The notes beneath the pieces are model-generated. The model searched no databases. It was not told the origin of the DNA and worked only from the letters and a program-made list of their open reading frames with translations. The position numbers and the translations under genes were made by a program. From an uncultured Candidatus Competibacteraceae bacterium (GTDB lineage Bacteria; Pseudomonadota; Gammaproteobacteria; Competibacterales; Competibacteraceae), in assembly GCA_903879705.1 (NCBI GenBank), contig CAIRMO010000037.1:3698-67697 (forward strand): a stretch of 64,000 bases of DNA, read 5' to 3'. Positions 48,341-57,682 of this stretch are shown piece by piece; position 1 is the stretch's first letter; each line of letters begins with the position of its first letter.

Positions 48341-49801
48341 ATGAACCAAGAACAACTTGAAAAAGCTAAAAAACTTTTCTTTATCCTTCTTAGCGTTGAT
48401 ATTGTGGTTAACGCTATTGCTGGATTTAATTCCTTCTCAACAGTAGAAATACTAAGAAATGTTCAGTCTGGTACCAGAAGCATAGATCAAGCTTTAATCA
48501 ATAGCGTGGATTTTTGGGATAAATTTTCCATGCTAACCATTTTGACCTTGATCGGCGTTGGTCTTGGTCTAGTCAAATGGTTAAATTCATGTTACCGCTT
48601 TGCCAAAGAATTTATTGGAGCAACCGGGTTCAAAAATGAGAAGTGGACGGTTGTTGGGTGGATTATTCCTGTATTTAATCTTTTTAAGCCGTACCAAATT
48701 ATCAATGAAATCTATAAGGCTGGATCACAAAACTACTCAAGAGCCGATGATTGGAAGAAAGAGAACGGCTCTTGGTTGTTGCTAACATGGTGGATTTTTT
48801 GGGCTGTAACTCATTTCTTTATGTGGATTTTTGGTAAAGAAATGCTCAAAAAATCACTTCGTGGCGATCTTACATTACTGCAACTAATTGGCCTATATGA
48901 AATTCAAGCATGGCTATTTGCTTTTTCAATTCTTGTGGCTGCTTTATGGTTCATAGTCGCTGGAAGTTTAACGCAACGCTTTCTGAATCGTTCAACTAAG
49001 CCTAGCAGGAATACCGTAAGTGTAGATGACGATCATTCATACAAAACAGCTTATGAAGAAATGAGTTCTGGACAATTTCAAACGGCTACTTGGGCAAAGG
49101 CATTTGCAAACGCAGAAGGCAATCAAGATAAAGCCAAAGCGCTGTATATCAAGTATCGTGTAGAACAGCTTTCTGCACTGCCCGTTCAGCAACCACAAAC
49201 TGTTTCTGCAGCAGACAGCACAGAGTTGCCAGATCAACATGAAGTAGCCGGTTCAGTTTACAGTGAAAATAAGAGCGCTATTGCTGTTATTGTCCTTGTT
49301 GGCTTAGCAGGCTTTATCTTATTGATTTCTCAGATTAAAAAACCATCGACGAATTTACCCGAAAAATCTTCTGAAGTTTCGACCACCACCACTAATCATC
49401 AGCTATCTGCTTCAAATTCAGATCAAGCTCAAAAAGAAAGATTAAGTAGTAAAGCATCTATAGATTCTCAACAAGAAAGATCAAATAGTAAAGTATCTAT
49501 AGACTTTGATTGTATTGAAACTTCTCTTTATAATAAAAGTGGTTATGCAATCAGCCTTAGTGCTAAAATCAAAAATAATAGCGATAATTATGTTGAATCT
49601 ATTTTGGCTAACTGTTCAGGTTACGATAAAAATAAGAATAAAACTTTTTATGAAGAACAAGTGCTGTTTACAAGTAAAGATTTAATAGCATTAGCCCCAA
49701 ATAATGAGGCTTATTTTTGGAATGCACCTCAGTATCCTAAATATCCATCTTCTACATTCAGCATAGATTGTCAAGTTACAAAAATAAAATTTTCTCGATA
49801 A
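48341..49801 (+). CDS. Multi-TM protein with a DUF4328-like N-terminal membrane domain and a Ser/Thr/Gln-rich linker (islet gene 3)
   Basis: - WTVVGWIIPVFNLFKPYQIINEIYKAG resembles the DUF4328 signature.
- A central segment reads TATWAKAFANAEGNQDKAKALYIKYRVEQL.
- One more TM helix and a low-complexity tail follow.
- Assignments are from memory and unverified. Confidence 0.6.
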   Translation: MNQEQLEKAKKLFFILLSVDIVVNAIAGFNSFSTVEILRNVQSGTRSIDQALINSVDFWDKFSMLTILTLIGVGLGLVKWLNSCYRFAKEFIGATGFKNEKWTVVGWIIPVFNLFKPYQIINEIYKAGSQNYSRADDWKKENGSWLLLTWWIFWAVTHFFMWIFGKEMLKKSLRGDLTLLQLIGLYEIQAWLFAFSILVAALWFIVAGSLTQRFLNRSTKPSRNTVSVDDDHSYKTAYEEMSSGQFQTATWAKAFANAEGNQDKAKALYIKYRVEQLSALPVQQPQTVSAADSTELPDQHEVAGSVYSENKSAIAVIVLVGLAGFILLISQIKKPSTNLPEKSSEVSTTTTNHQLSASNSDQAQKERLSSKASIDSQQERSNSKVSIDFDCIETSLYNKSGYAISLSAKIKNNSDNYVESILANCSGYDKNKNKTFYEEQVLFTSKDLIALAPNNEAYFWNAPQYPKYPSSTFSIDCQVTKIKFSR

Positions 49802-49829
49802 CTCCTTTGAATTATAGAGGGGTTCCACG

Positions 49830-50045
49830 ATGAACAAAACGCAACCCTACCATGATTCCATCGTTGCCGAACTTCACGCCATCCGCCAACACTTCGCAGA
49901 ACAATATCACAATGATTTGGTAGCTTATTCTCAAGCCGCAGAAACACATTGCCGCGCTTTGGGATTTCAGATGGTGGACAGTCCACGCCTACCACGGAGT
50001 CACAGCGAAATGGCTAAAACCGAAAGCGCCAATACCCGTTCTTGA
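49830..50045 (+). CDS. Hypothetical small protein
   Basis: 71-aa ORF at the right edge of the islet with intermediate GC. No recognised motif. Confidence 0.4.
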   Translation: MNKTQPYHDSIVAELHAIRQHFAEQYHNDLVAYSQAAETHCRALGFQMVDSPRLPRSHSEMAKTESANTRS

Positions 50046-50096
50046 TCCGAATCGGCTCGACACTATCCATTCACCACTGACCATTAGCGACTTCCC

Positions 50097-52724
50097 ATGA
50101 CCAGCAGCGCCGAACTCCGCACCCTCTTTCTCGACTACTTCCGCCGCCACGGCCACGAAATCGTCGCCAGCAGTCCGCTGGTGCCGATTAACGACAGCAC
50201 TCTACTATTCACCAACGCCGGCATGGTGCAATTCAAGGACGTGTTCACCGGCCGTGATCCGCGCCCCTATCGCCGGGCCGCCACCGCCCAACGCTGCGTC
50301 CGGGCCGGCGGCAAGCATAACGATCTGGAAAATGTCGGCTATACCGCCCGCCATCACACCTTCTTCGAGATGCTCGGCAATTTCAGCTTCGGCGATTACT
50401 TCAAGGCCGACGCGATCCGGTTCGGCTGGGAGTTCCTGACCGGGGTATTGAAGCTGCCGGCGGACAAGCTGTGGGTCACGGTTTACGCGACCGACGACGA
50501 GGCTTATCAAGTCTGGGCCGATGAAATCAAAGTCCCCCACGAGCGCATCGCCCGGATCGGCGACAAGCCTGGCGGCAAGCCCTATGAAAGCGACAACTTC
50601 TGGGCGATGGGCGATACCGGCCCGTGCGGCCCCTGTTCGGAAATCTTCTACGACCACGGCCCGGAGATCGCCGGCGGCCCGCCCGGCACCCCGGATCAGG
50701 ATGGCGACCGCTACATCGAAATCTGGAATCTGGTGTTCATGCAGTTCGACCGCAGCGCCGACGGGGTGCTGACCCCGTTGCCGAAACCGTCTGTGGATAC
50801 CGGCATGGGGCTGGAGCGGCTGGCGGCGGTGATGCAAGGCGTCCACAGCAACTACGAGATTGACCTGTTCCAGAATCTGATCAAAGCCGCTGCTGCCGCC
50901 ACCGGCACGACCGATCTGCATTCCAGTTCGCTGCGCGTCATCGCTGATCACATCCGCGCCGTTGCCTTCCTGATTACCGATGGCGTGTTGCCTTCCAACG
51001 AAGGGCGCGGCTATGTGCTGCGGCGCATCCTGCGGCGGGCCATTCGCCACGGCTACAAGCTCGGCGCGGAAGGCAGCTTCTTTCACACCCTGGTCGTGCC
51101 AGTGGCGGCGGAAATGGGCGACGCCTACCCGGAACTGGCCGCCGCCGCTGTTCAAACCGCTCGCGTCATTCAGCAGGAAGAGGAGCGGTTCGCCGAAACC
51201 CTCGCCCACGGCATGAAATTGCTGGAGGACGGTATCGCCAATCTGTCCGGGGCGACCATTCCCGGCGCAACCGTGTTCAAGCTCTACGATACCTACGGCT
51301 TCCCGGTCGATCTCACCGCTGACATTGCCCGCGAACGGGGTTTGCAGGTGGATCTCGCCGGCTTTGAGCGGGAAATGGCGGCGCAGCGGGATCGCGCCCG
51401 CGCTCACAGTCAATTCGGATCGCGCCAGACCGCCGATCTGGGCATCGCCGGCTGCACCGAATTCCACGGCTACGACCGGCTGGAAGAACAAGCGACGGTG
51501 ATTGGCCTGTTCCGCGACGGACAAGTGGTGGAGACACTGAATCCCGGCGACGAGGGCGTGGTGGTGCTGGATCACACCCCGTTCTATGCCGAATCCGGTG
51601 GTCAAGTCGGCGATAGCGGCTGGTTGCGGGGCGACGGGCTGAAGTTCACCGTTCGCGATACCCAGAAACAGGGCAAGGGCGTTTTCACCCACCTAGGCGT
51701 TTTGAACCAGGGCCACCTGCGGCACGACCAAATCGTGCTGGCGCAGGTCAACGGTGCAGCCCGCCAAGCCACCGCCCTCCATCATTCCGCCACCCATCTG
51801 TTGCACGCCGCGTTGCGCCAGATTCTCGGAACCCATGTTAGCCAGAAAGGCTCGCTGGTCGATCCGCAGCGGTTGCGCTTTGACTTCTCGCATTTCGAGC
51901 CGATCAGCCCCGAACAACTGGAGGCGATTGAACGGCTGGTCAATGCCCAAATTCGCGGCAACGTCGCGGTGGAAACCACGATCATGGCCCCGGAACAGGC
52001 GATTGCCGCCGGCGCAATGGCCTTGTTCGGCGAGAAATACGGCGATCAGGTCCGGGTGCTGCGAATGGGGGATTTTTCCACCGAACTGTGCGGCGGCACC
52101 CACGTTCAGCGGGTCGGCGACATTGGCCTGTTCAAGATCATCGCCGAAAGCGGAGTCGCTGCCGGGGTACGACGGATCGAAGCCGTCACCGGCGAACGGG
52201 CGCTGGACACCATCGCCGCCTTGCAGGATCGCGCCCGCCAGACCGCGCACCTGGTCAAGGGCGACCGTGACAACTTCCCTGACAAGGTTCGGCAACTGGT
52301 CGAACGCACCCGGCAACTGGAAAAAGAGATCGAGCAGTTGAAAAGCCGGCTGGCCAGCGGCCAGGGCGCGGATCTGCTCAGCCAGGTGGTCGAGGTCAAC
52401 GGGATCAAGGTACTGGCGGCCCGGATGGACGGCGTCGACGCCAAGACCCTGCGGGAGGCGGTGGATCGCTGCAAGGATCAGCTCAAAGCAGCCGTCGTCG
52501 TGCTGGCCACGGTCGAGGACGGCAAGGTGCGGCTGGTGGCCGGGGTAACGGCGGCAGAAACCGCCAAAATCAAGGCCGGCGATCTGGTCAACAGCGTCGC
52601 CCAGCAGGTCGGGGGCAAAGGCGGCGGTCGTCCTGATCTGGCCCAAGCCGGTGGCACAGATCCGACCCGTCTGGATGCCGCGCTTCGGGCGGTGCCGGAC
52701 TGGGTGCGGGAGCAATTGGCTTGA
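50097..52724 (+). CDS. alaS: Alanine--tRNA ligase
   Basis: 875 aa with [29 protein letters not shown], the editing-domain HSATHLLH...CGGTH motifs and a C-terminal DHHA1-like domain. Confidence 0.97.
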   Translation: MTSSAELRTLFLDYFRRHGHEIVASSPLVPINDSTLLFTNAGMVQFKDVFTGRDPRPYRRAATAQRCVRAGGKHNDLENVGYTARHHTFFEMLGNFSFGDYFKADAIRFGWEFLTGVLKLPADKLWVTVYATDDEAYQVWADEIKVPHERIARIGDKPGGKPYESDNFWAMGDTGPCGPCSEIFYDHGPEIAGGPPGTPDQDGDRYIEIWNLVFMQFDRSADGVLTPLPKPSVDTGMGLERLAAVMQGVHSNYEIDLFQNLIKAAAAATGTTDLHSSSLRVIADHIRAVAFLITDGVLPSNEGRGYVLRRILRRAIRHGYKLGAEGSFFHTLVVPVAAEMGDAYPELAAAAVQTARVIQQEEERFAETLAHGMKLLEDGIANLSGATIPGATVFKLYDTYGFPVDLTADIARERGLQVDLAGFEREMAAQRDRARAHSQFGSRQTADLGIAGCTEFHGYDRLEEQATVIGLFRDGQVVETLNPGDEGVVVLDHTPFYAESGGQVGDSGWLRGDGLKFTVRDTQKQGKGVFTHLGVLNQGHLRHDQIVLAQVNGAARQATALHHSATHLLHAALRQILGTHVSQKGSLVDPQRLRFDFSHFEPISPEQLEAIERLVNAQIRGNVAVETTIMAPEQAIAAGAMALFGEKYGDQVRVLRMGDFSTELCGGTHVQRVGDIGLFKIIAESGVAAGVRRIEAVTGERALDTIAALQDRARQTAHLVKGDRDNFPDKVRQLVERTRQLEKEIEQLKSRLASGQGADLLSQVVEVNGIKVLAARMDGVDAKTLREAVDRCKDQLKAAVVVLATVEDGKVRLVAGVTAAETAKIKAGDLVNSVAQQVGGKGGGRPDLAQAGGTDPTRLDAALRAVPDWVREQLA

Positions 52725-52950
52725 AAACCGGTCCGAGCCAAGGCGTTTCTGCCATAAAATCGGTGATTACGTCAGTTAAATCAGGCGTTTTAGCTGTTTT
52801 TAGGGGGCCGAGTGTAGCCTGTTTACGCAACACCCTGTGCGAACTGCTTGGCGAGAGCCGGTCTTTCGTGAATAATTGCGCCTTTCACGACTATCCCGGC
52901 TCAACCATTGCCGGGAATGCGGTTTAACTCCGATTTTGAACAGGGACAGC

Positions 52951-54183
52951 ATGGCGCTTATCGTCCAGAAATACGGCGGCACCTCGGTCGGTACCCTCGA
53001 GCGGATTGAGGCCGTCGCCGAAAAAGTGATTGGCTGGCGCGAGCGCGGCCATCAACTGGTGGTGGTGGTATCGGCCATGAGTGGCGAAACTGACCGGCTG
53101 ATCGGCCTGGCTAAAGGCATTACCCCCCGCCCCCATCCCCGTGAACTGGATGTGCTGCTGGCAACCGGCGAACAGGTCACCATTGCGCTCCTGTGCATCG
53201 CTCTGGAAAAGCGCGGCTGTCCGGCCCGGTCCTACACCGGCGGCCAAGTCCGCATTCTCACCGATAACGCCTTCAACAAAGCGCGCATTCAAGCCATTGA
53301 AGCCGCCGCCATGCAGGCCGATCTCGACACTGGGCGGATCGTGGTGGTGGCCGGGTTTCAGGGCGTGGATGAGGACGGCAATATCACCACTCTCGGTCGG
53401 GGCGGATCGGACACCACCGGCGTCGCCTTGGCGGCCGCGCTAAAAGCCGACGAATGCCAGATTTATACCGACGTGGATGGGGTCTATACCACTGATCCTC
53501 GTGTGGTTTCCGATGCCCGCCGCCTCGATCGCATCACGTTTGAGGAGATGCTGGAAATGGCCAGCGCCGGTTCCAAGGTGCTGCAAATCCGTTCGGTCGA
53601 ATTTGCCGGCAAGCACAATGTCCCATTGCGGGTCCTGTCCTCCTTTCAGGATGGGCCGGGCACGTTGATCACTTTCGAGGAAGCCCTGGAGGCGGAGCAA
53701 ATGGAGAAAGCGCTGATTTCCGGCATCGCGTTCAACCGTGATGAAGCCAAACTGACCGTGCTGGGCGTCCCGGATCGGCCGGGCATCGCCTACAGTATTC
53801 TGGGTCCAGTGGCCGACGCCAATATCGAAGTCGACATGATCATCCAGAACATCGGCCGCGATGGTACGACCGACTTCACTTTTACGGTTAACCGCAACGA
53901 CTACGACCGTGCTTTGGAAATCCTGCGGGAACTGGCGACCCGGCTCGGCGCTCGTGAAGTGTCGGGCGACCCGAAAATCGCCAAGTTGTCGCTAGTCGGA
54001 ATCGGGATGCGTTCTCATGCTGGAGTCGCCAGCAGGATGTTTCAGACGCTGGCGAAGGAGAGCATCAACATCCGCATGATCTCGACCTCCGAGATCAAAA
54101 TTTCGGTGGTGATCGATGAAAAATACCTGGAACTGGGGGTTCGCGCCCTGCACGAAGCCTTTGAGCTGGACAAGGCCGCCTGA
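52951..54183 (+). CDS. lysC: Aspartate kinase (monofunctional, ACT-domain regulated)
   Basis: Trimmed to ATG 52951 ([14 protein letters not shown]). 410 aa with tandem C-terminal ACT domains. Confidence 0.94.
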   Translation: MALIVQKYGGTSVGTLERIEAVAEKVIGWRERGHQLVVVVSAMSGETDRLIGLAKGITPRPHPRELDVLLATGEQVTIALLCIALEKRGCPARSYTGGQVRILTDNAFNKARIQAIEAAAMQADLDTGRIVVVAGFQGVDEDGNITTLGRGGSDTTGVALAAALKADECQIYTDVDGVYTTDPRVVSDARRLDRITFEEMLEMASAGSKVLQIRSVEFAGKHNVPLRVLSSFQDGPGTLITFEEALEAEQMEKALISGIAFNRDEAKLTVLGVPDRPGIAYSILGPVADANIEVDMIIQNIGRDGTTDFTFTVNRNDYDRALEILRELATRLGAREVSGDPKIAKLSLVGIGMRSHAGVASRMFQTLAKESINIRMISTSEIKISVVIDEKYLELGVRALHEAFELDKAA

Positions 54184-54264
54184 ACCTGGAGCGATTGCAG
54201 ACGCGGACTGTCCAAACCGCAAGATGACCTGGTGCTGTTGATGGAACAAAAGGAGTAGCTTGAT

Positions 54265-54480
54265 ATGTTGATACTGACGCGCAGAGTTGGGGAAACGCTC
54301 ATGATCGGCGACGAAGTCACCGTGACCGTGCTGGGCGTGAAAGGTAATCAGGTCCGGATTGGGGTCAATGCGCCCAAGGACATTGCGGTGCATCGCGAAG
54401 AAATCTATGAACGGATCAAACGCGAGCAGGAAGGCGTCCTGGCCGAGACCAGCCCGCCACAGCCGCAACCCGAAGTCTGA
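54265..54480 (+). CDS. csrA: Carbon storage regulator CsrA
   Basis: [48 protein letters not shown] is canonical CsrA. It has a short Gln/Pro-rich tail. Confidence 0.96.
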   Translation: MLILTRRVGETLMIGDEVTVTVLGVKGNQVRIGVNAPKDIAVHREEIYERIKREQEGVLAETSPPQPQPEV

Positions 54481-54532
54481 TCGGCCAGGGCTTTACCCCA
54501 GCCGATTCAGGCGGTATCCTTAGCCACTTGGG

Positions 54533-54556
54533 ATGCCCGGGTTCCGGGCATTTGCT
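54533..54556 (+). terminator. Possible csrA terminator hairpin (ATGCCCGG-GTT-CCGGGCAT then TTGCT)
   Basis: Perfect 8-bp stem read directly from the sequence. The U-tract is weak and it abuts the tRNA-Ser 5' end. Confidence 0.3.
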
Positions 54557-54650
54557 GGAGAGATGGCCGAGTGGCTGAAGGCGCTCCCCTGCTAAGGGAG
54601 TATGGGGCTTTAAAACTCCATCGAGGGTTCGAATCCCTCTCTCTCCGCCA
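54557..54650 (+). tRNA. tRNA-Ser (anticodon GCU)
   Basis: - Acceptor stem GGAGAGA pairs with TCTCTCC.
- Anticodon loop CTGCTAA.
- Long variable arm, T-loop GGTTCGAATCC, encoded CCA. Confidence 0.92.
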
Positions 54651-54711
54651 CTGTTATGTGAAGTGTGTGAAAATAGGCCGTTTCGGGCCCGCTCCGTATC
54701 ATTTCTTCAAT

Positions 54712-54788
54712 GCGCCCGTGGCTCAGTTGGATAGAGTACTTGGCTACGAACCAAGGGGTCGGGAGTTCGAATCTCTCCGGGCGCGCCA
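54712..54788 (+). tRNA. tRNA-Arg (anticodon ACG)
   Basis: - Acceptor stem GCGCCCG pairs with CGGGCGC.
- D-loop AGTTGGATA.
- Anticodon loop CTACGAA.
- T-loop GTTCGAATC, encoded CCA. Confidence 0.94.
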
Positions 54789-54800
54789 AACATCAAGGGG

Positions 54801-55001
54801 TTAGCGGCTATTTGCTGCTAGCCCCTTTCGATTTTCCGACATTTTTCCGACAACAGCATTCTGGGTCCGCCATACCACCGTCAGCGTGGGCGTTTGGTTG
54901 ACGCCTCGATCCACCTTCTTTTCGACCGCATCCAGCAGTTCCCGTAGTTCGACTGCCGAGTAGTGCGTCGTAATATCCGGTTTGTTCCGGGAATCGCCTA
55001 A
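54801..55001 (-). pseudogene. C-terminal remnant of a tyrosine recombinase (phage/island integrase) next to the tRNA-Arg 3' end
   Basis: The reverse frame reads LGDSRNKPDITTHYSAVELRELLDAVEKKV. This resembles the integrase C-terminus (LLGHK..ITTHYSAAEL..LIEA..KV) including the catalytic Tyr context. Everything upstream is missing, and the frame runs into the iscA-like 3' end. Confidence 0.5.
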
Positions 55002-55074
55002 AGTCAGTGTAGCCACGGGATCGGGCGTCCGGTAGCACCGATAATAGCGCCCGCCCTTGCTGCTTGACGCCTTT

Positions 55075-55398
55075 TTAGACGCTGAAGCTTTCACCGCAAC
55101 CGCAACTGTTTTTAGCATTGGGATTGCGGAAGCGGAACCCCTCATTTAACCCGTCCTTGCCGTAATCCACTTCCATCCCGTCCAGAATCGGCAGGTTCCT
55201 GGCGCTGACCACGATTTTCACCCCTTGCGAATCAAACACCTGATCATCGGGATTAATCCGGTCAGCCAGCTGCACAACATACATGTAGCCAGAACAGCCC
55301 GTGTTGCGCACACCCAGCCGCAGTCCCTGAGCTTGGGTCTGTTTGGCGAGAAAGGCGCGGGCATGATCGGCGGCTTGTTCAGTCAAGGTGATCGACAT
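55075..55398 (-). CDS. iscA: Iron-sulfur cluster carrier, IscA/HesB (A-type) family
   Basis: 107 aa with MSITLTEQAA..., GLRLGVRNTGCSGYMY and the C-terminal CGCGESFSV, closely resembling E. coli IscA. Confidence 0.88.
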   Translation of the reverse strand: MSITLTEQAADHARAFLAKQTQAQGLRLGVRNTGCSGYMYVVQLADRINPDDQVFDSQGVKIVVSARNLPILDGMEVDYGKDGLNEGFRFRNPNAKNSCGCGESFSV

Positions 55399-55831
55399 GG
55401 TGAACTCCTGAATCGTGAAGTGAAGCGGTTGCGGGTGTGCTGCTGGCCGCAGACGGTTTGGCGGCGTAATCCTGCAGGGCAGTTTTCAGCGCCGTTTCGG
55501 CCAGGACCGCGCAATGCAGTTTTTCCGGCGGCGCGGCCAAGGCTTCGATCAGCGCGTGATGCCGAAATTGTGCGGCCTCGGTGAGATTTTTACCCTGGAT
55601 GAGTTCGGTCAGTAGCGAACCACAGGCGATCAGCCAGCCACAGCCATAAGCCTTGAACCGGGCAGCGACGATGCGTCCGTTCGGATCGATGCACAGGCCT
55701 AGTTGCAGCAGGTCACCGCTAACCGGCTCACTCACCTGCACGGTTGCAACCGCGGGATCGTCCGGGTCGAGATCGCCGACGTTGCGGGGATTGTCAAAAT
55801 GAATCCGCGCTGCCGTACTCAATTCCCGCAT
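55379..55831 (-). CDS. IscU/NifU-N-like Fe-S scaffold homologue (atypical: first ligand Cys replaced)
   Basis: HFDNPRNVG, YGCGW and KLHCA match IscU. The expected PACGD is PVSGD here. Overlaps the iscA-like start by 20 nt. Confidence 0.7.
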   Translation of the reverse strand: MRELSTAARIHFDNPRNVGDLDPDDPAVATVQVSEPVSGDLLQLGLCIDPNGRIVAARFKAYGCGWLIACGSLLTELIQGKNLTEAAQFRHHALIEALAAPPEKLHCAVLAETALKTALQDYAAKPSAASSTPATASLHDSGVHHVDHLD

Positions 55832-55840
55832 GACCGCCGC

Positions 55841-56668
55841 TCAGGAGAGCGTCGCTGCATTCTGGCTGGCCTTCGCGGAATCGGCCTTGGTGGGTTCATG
55901 CCAACCGTTAGCGCTGGCGGCTGAATGCAGTTCACAACCGCGCAGCTCGCACAGTTGCACTTCTCCGGGATCAATTCCGGCCTCCCGCAGGGCTTGGCAT
56001 AACTGGCGGACGGTGCGATCGAGCGTCTGAATGTGATCCAGCATCTGGTTGATTGCGTGAGCTTCGGGATCGGGCAGATCCGGCGTCGCCCCGTAAGCGT
56101 CGAAACCGAGTTTGCGGGCAATTTCCCGCCGCACGTCGCTGGCATCGTCACCGGCCTCAACCACCCGGCCTGGAACCCCGACCACCGTGGCGTGCGCCGG
56201 CACTTCCTTGATGACCACCGAGTTTGAGCCAATTCGGGCATGATCGCCGACCTTAAACGGGCCGAGGACTTTCGCTCCGGCACCGATGACTACATGGTTG
56301 CCAAGGGTGGGATGGCGCTTGCCCTTGTTCCAACTGGTGCCACCCAGAGTCACCCCTTGATACAGAGTACAGTCATCGCCGATTTCAGCCGTTTCGCCGA
56401 TCACCACCCCCATGCCGTGATCGATGAAAAAGCGCCGGCCAATTTTTGCGCCGGGATGAATCTCGATCCCGGTCAGCCAGCGGGCTACAGTCGAAAAAAA
56501 GCGGGCCAGCCATTTCAGGCCCAGCGTCCACAGCTTGTGGTTGACCCGGTGGAACAGCACCGCATGGATGCCAGGGTAGACGGTGAGAACCTCGAACACG
56601 TTGCGCGCCGCCGGATCGCGGTCGAACACGGCGGTGATGTCTTCCCGCAGACGCTGCCAAAACGCCAT
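55841..56668 (-). CDS. cysE: Serine O-acetyltransferase
   Basis: 275 aa with the N-terminal SATase helical domain ([28 protein letters not shown]) and left-handed beta-helix hexapeptide repeats ([28 protein letters not shown]). Confidence 0.92.
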   Translation of the reverse strand: MAFWQRLREDITAVFDRDPAARNVFEVLTVYPGIHAVLFHRVNHKLWTLGLKWLARFFSTVARWLTGIEIHPGAKIGRRFFIDHGMGVVIGETAEIGDDCTLYQGVTLGGTSWNKGKRHPTLGNHVVIGAGAKVLGPFKVGDHARIGSNSVVIKEVPAHATVVGVPGRVVEAGDDASDVRREIARKLGFDAYGATPDLPDPEAHAINQMLDHIQTLDRTVRQLCQALREAGIDPGEVQLCELRGCELHSAASANGWHEPTKADSAKASQNAATLS

Positions 56669-56710
56669 AGCTCATTCCAGGAAAGTTAAGAGGTTAAAAG
56701 GTCAGCCAAA

Positions 56711-56759
56711 GCGTGGCACGGGCTTCCAGCCCATGTTGAAACGGGCAAGATGCCCGTTC
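56711..56759 (-). repeat. 49-bp double-hairpin intergenic repeat, copy 2
   Basis: Its reverse complement, GAACGGGCATCTTGCCCGTTTCAACATGGGCTGGAAGCCCGTGCCACGC, matches 28493..28541. Confidence 0.7.
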
Positions 56760-56817
56760 CACACCATAACAAGCGAAGGTCCCGAAGTTTTAAAGACCCA
56801 GGTCAGGACATTATTCG

Positions 56818-57682
56818 TTACTCGTCAAGCGGTTGCCCACCGGTCTTCAACATCAGAAGCGTCAGGACATTCCGGCCCTCCTCGCGACGGTAACGGACTT
56901 CACTCACCAGGGTCTTGATCAGGAAAACGCCTAACCCGCCGGGTTGGCGCTCCTCAAGCTCCAGAGTAGTATCAGGATCGGGCCGGACCAGCGGATCAAA
57001 TGGCGGTCCCTCGTCAGCGATCTCGATCAGCAACCCCTCCGGTTGCACTGCGATCCGGCAATACACCGGGCCGGGTTGCGCCCGGTCGGCGTAGGCATGA
57101 TGACTGACGTTGACCAGCGCCTCTTCCACCGCCAGTTCCAGCCGACTCACTTGCGCCTCGGCTAAACCCGCGTTTTCCGCCGCCCGCCGGATCGGTTCAA
57201 GCCATTCCAACAACCGATCGGGTTCCGCAGGCCGACATAAAACATTCCAGGCAACCTCGGCAACGGAATCTGATACCCGTCGCGTCACCGCCAGCAGAGT
57301 TAGATCATCGTTCTGATCGGCGTCTCCGACATGAGCGGCCACCGCAGTGATCACCCGCTGGACGGGTTGGACGGGTTCATCGCCACCGGAGAAATGGCTG
57401 GCCGCCAGCAACTGCCCGGTTCCGAAACACTCACCGGCAGTGTTCATCGCCTCAGTCAAACCATCGGTATACAACACTAAGGTCTCCCCTGGATTCCAAC
57501 TGCAATCGGGACGCGGCATAGGCAAATTCCGGTTCTACTCCCAGCACCCGCAATAGCGGGTTATGGCCGGCATTGCTGAAGATCAACTCCCCGGTTTCCG
57601 GCGTCAGCGCCGCAGCAAACAGCGTCACAACACCAATTCCGCATTGATCGCGCACAGTGCGCGGTTGACCCGTTGCAGAATT
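56818..57682 (-). pseudogene. Decayed PP2C/SpoIIE phosphatase fused to an RsbW-like anti-sigma kinase (HATPase) gene: 5'-truncated with at least 2 frameshifts
   Basis: Three reverse frames carry consecutive SpoIIE pieces: EILQRVNRALCAINAELV, then VTLFAAALTPETGELIFSNAGHNPLL, then PGETLVLYTDGLTEAMN. An intact RsbW-like domain follows (EEALVNVSHHAY...IEIADEGPPFDP...GGLGVFLI). The remnant begins exactly at the arnD stop. Confidence 0.7.

Larger units (their letters stand above)
46936..49829. other. AT-rich genomic islet inserted between recX and alaS
   Basis: Abrupt compositional drop, by eye to roughly one-third G+C against about 60% in the flanks. All ORFs are plus-strand with AT-biased codons. 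No integrase, tRNA or terminal repeats were seen. Confidence 0.75.

Noticed and set aside
50205-51692. 495-aa minus-strand ORF, plus the 340-aa ORF at 51693..52715
   Set aside because: Both are antisense to alaS, with low-complexity Ala/Gly/Arg-rich translations and no start context. They are high-GC artefacts.
52725-52950. Lysine riboswitch upstream of lysC
   Set aside because: I could not recognise the conserved L-box helices or motifs by eye in the 226-nt leader. A covariance-model scan (Rfam RF00168) would be needed to settle it.
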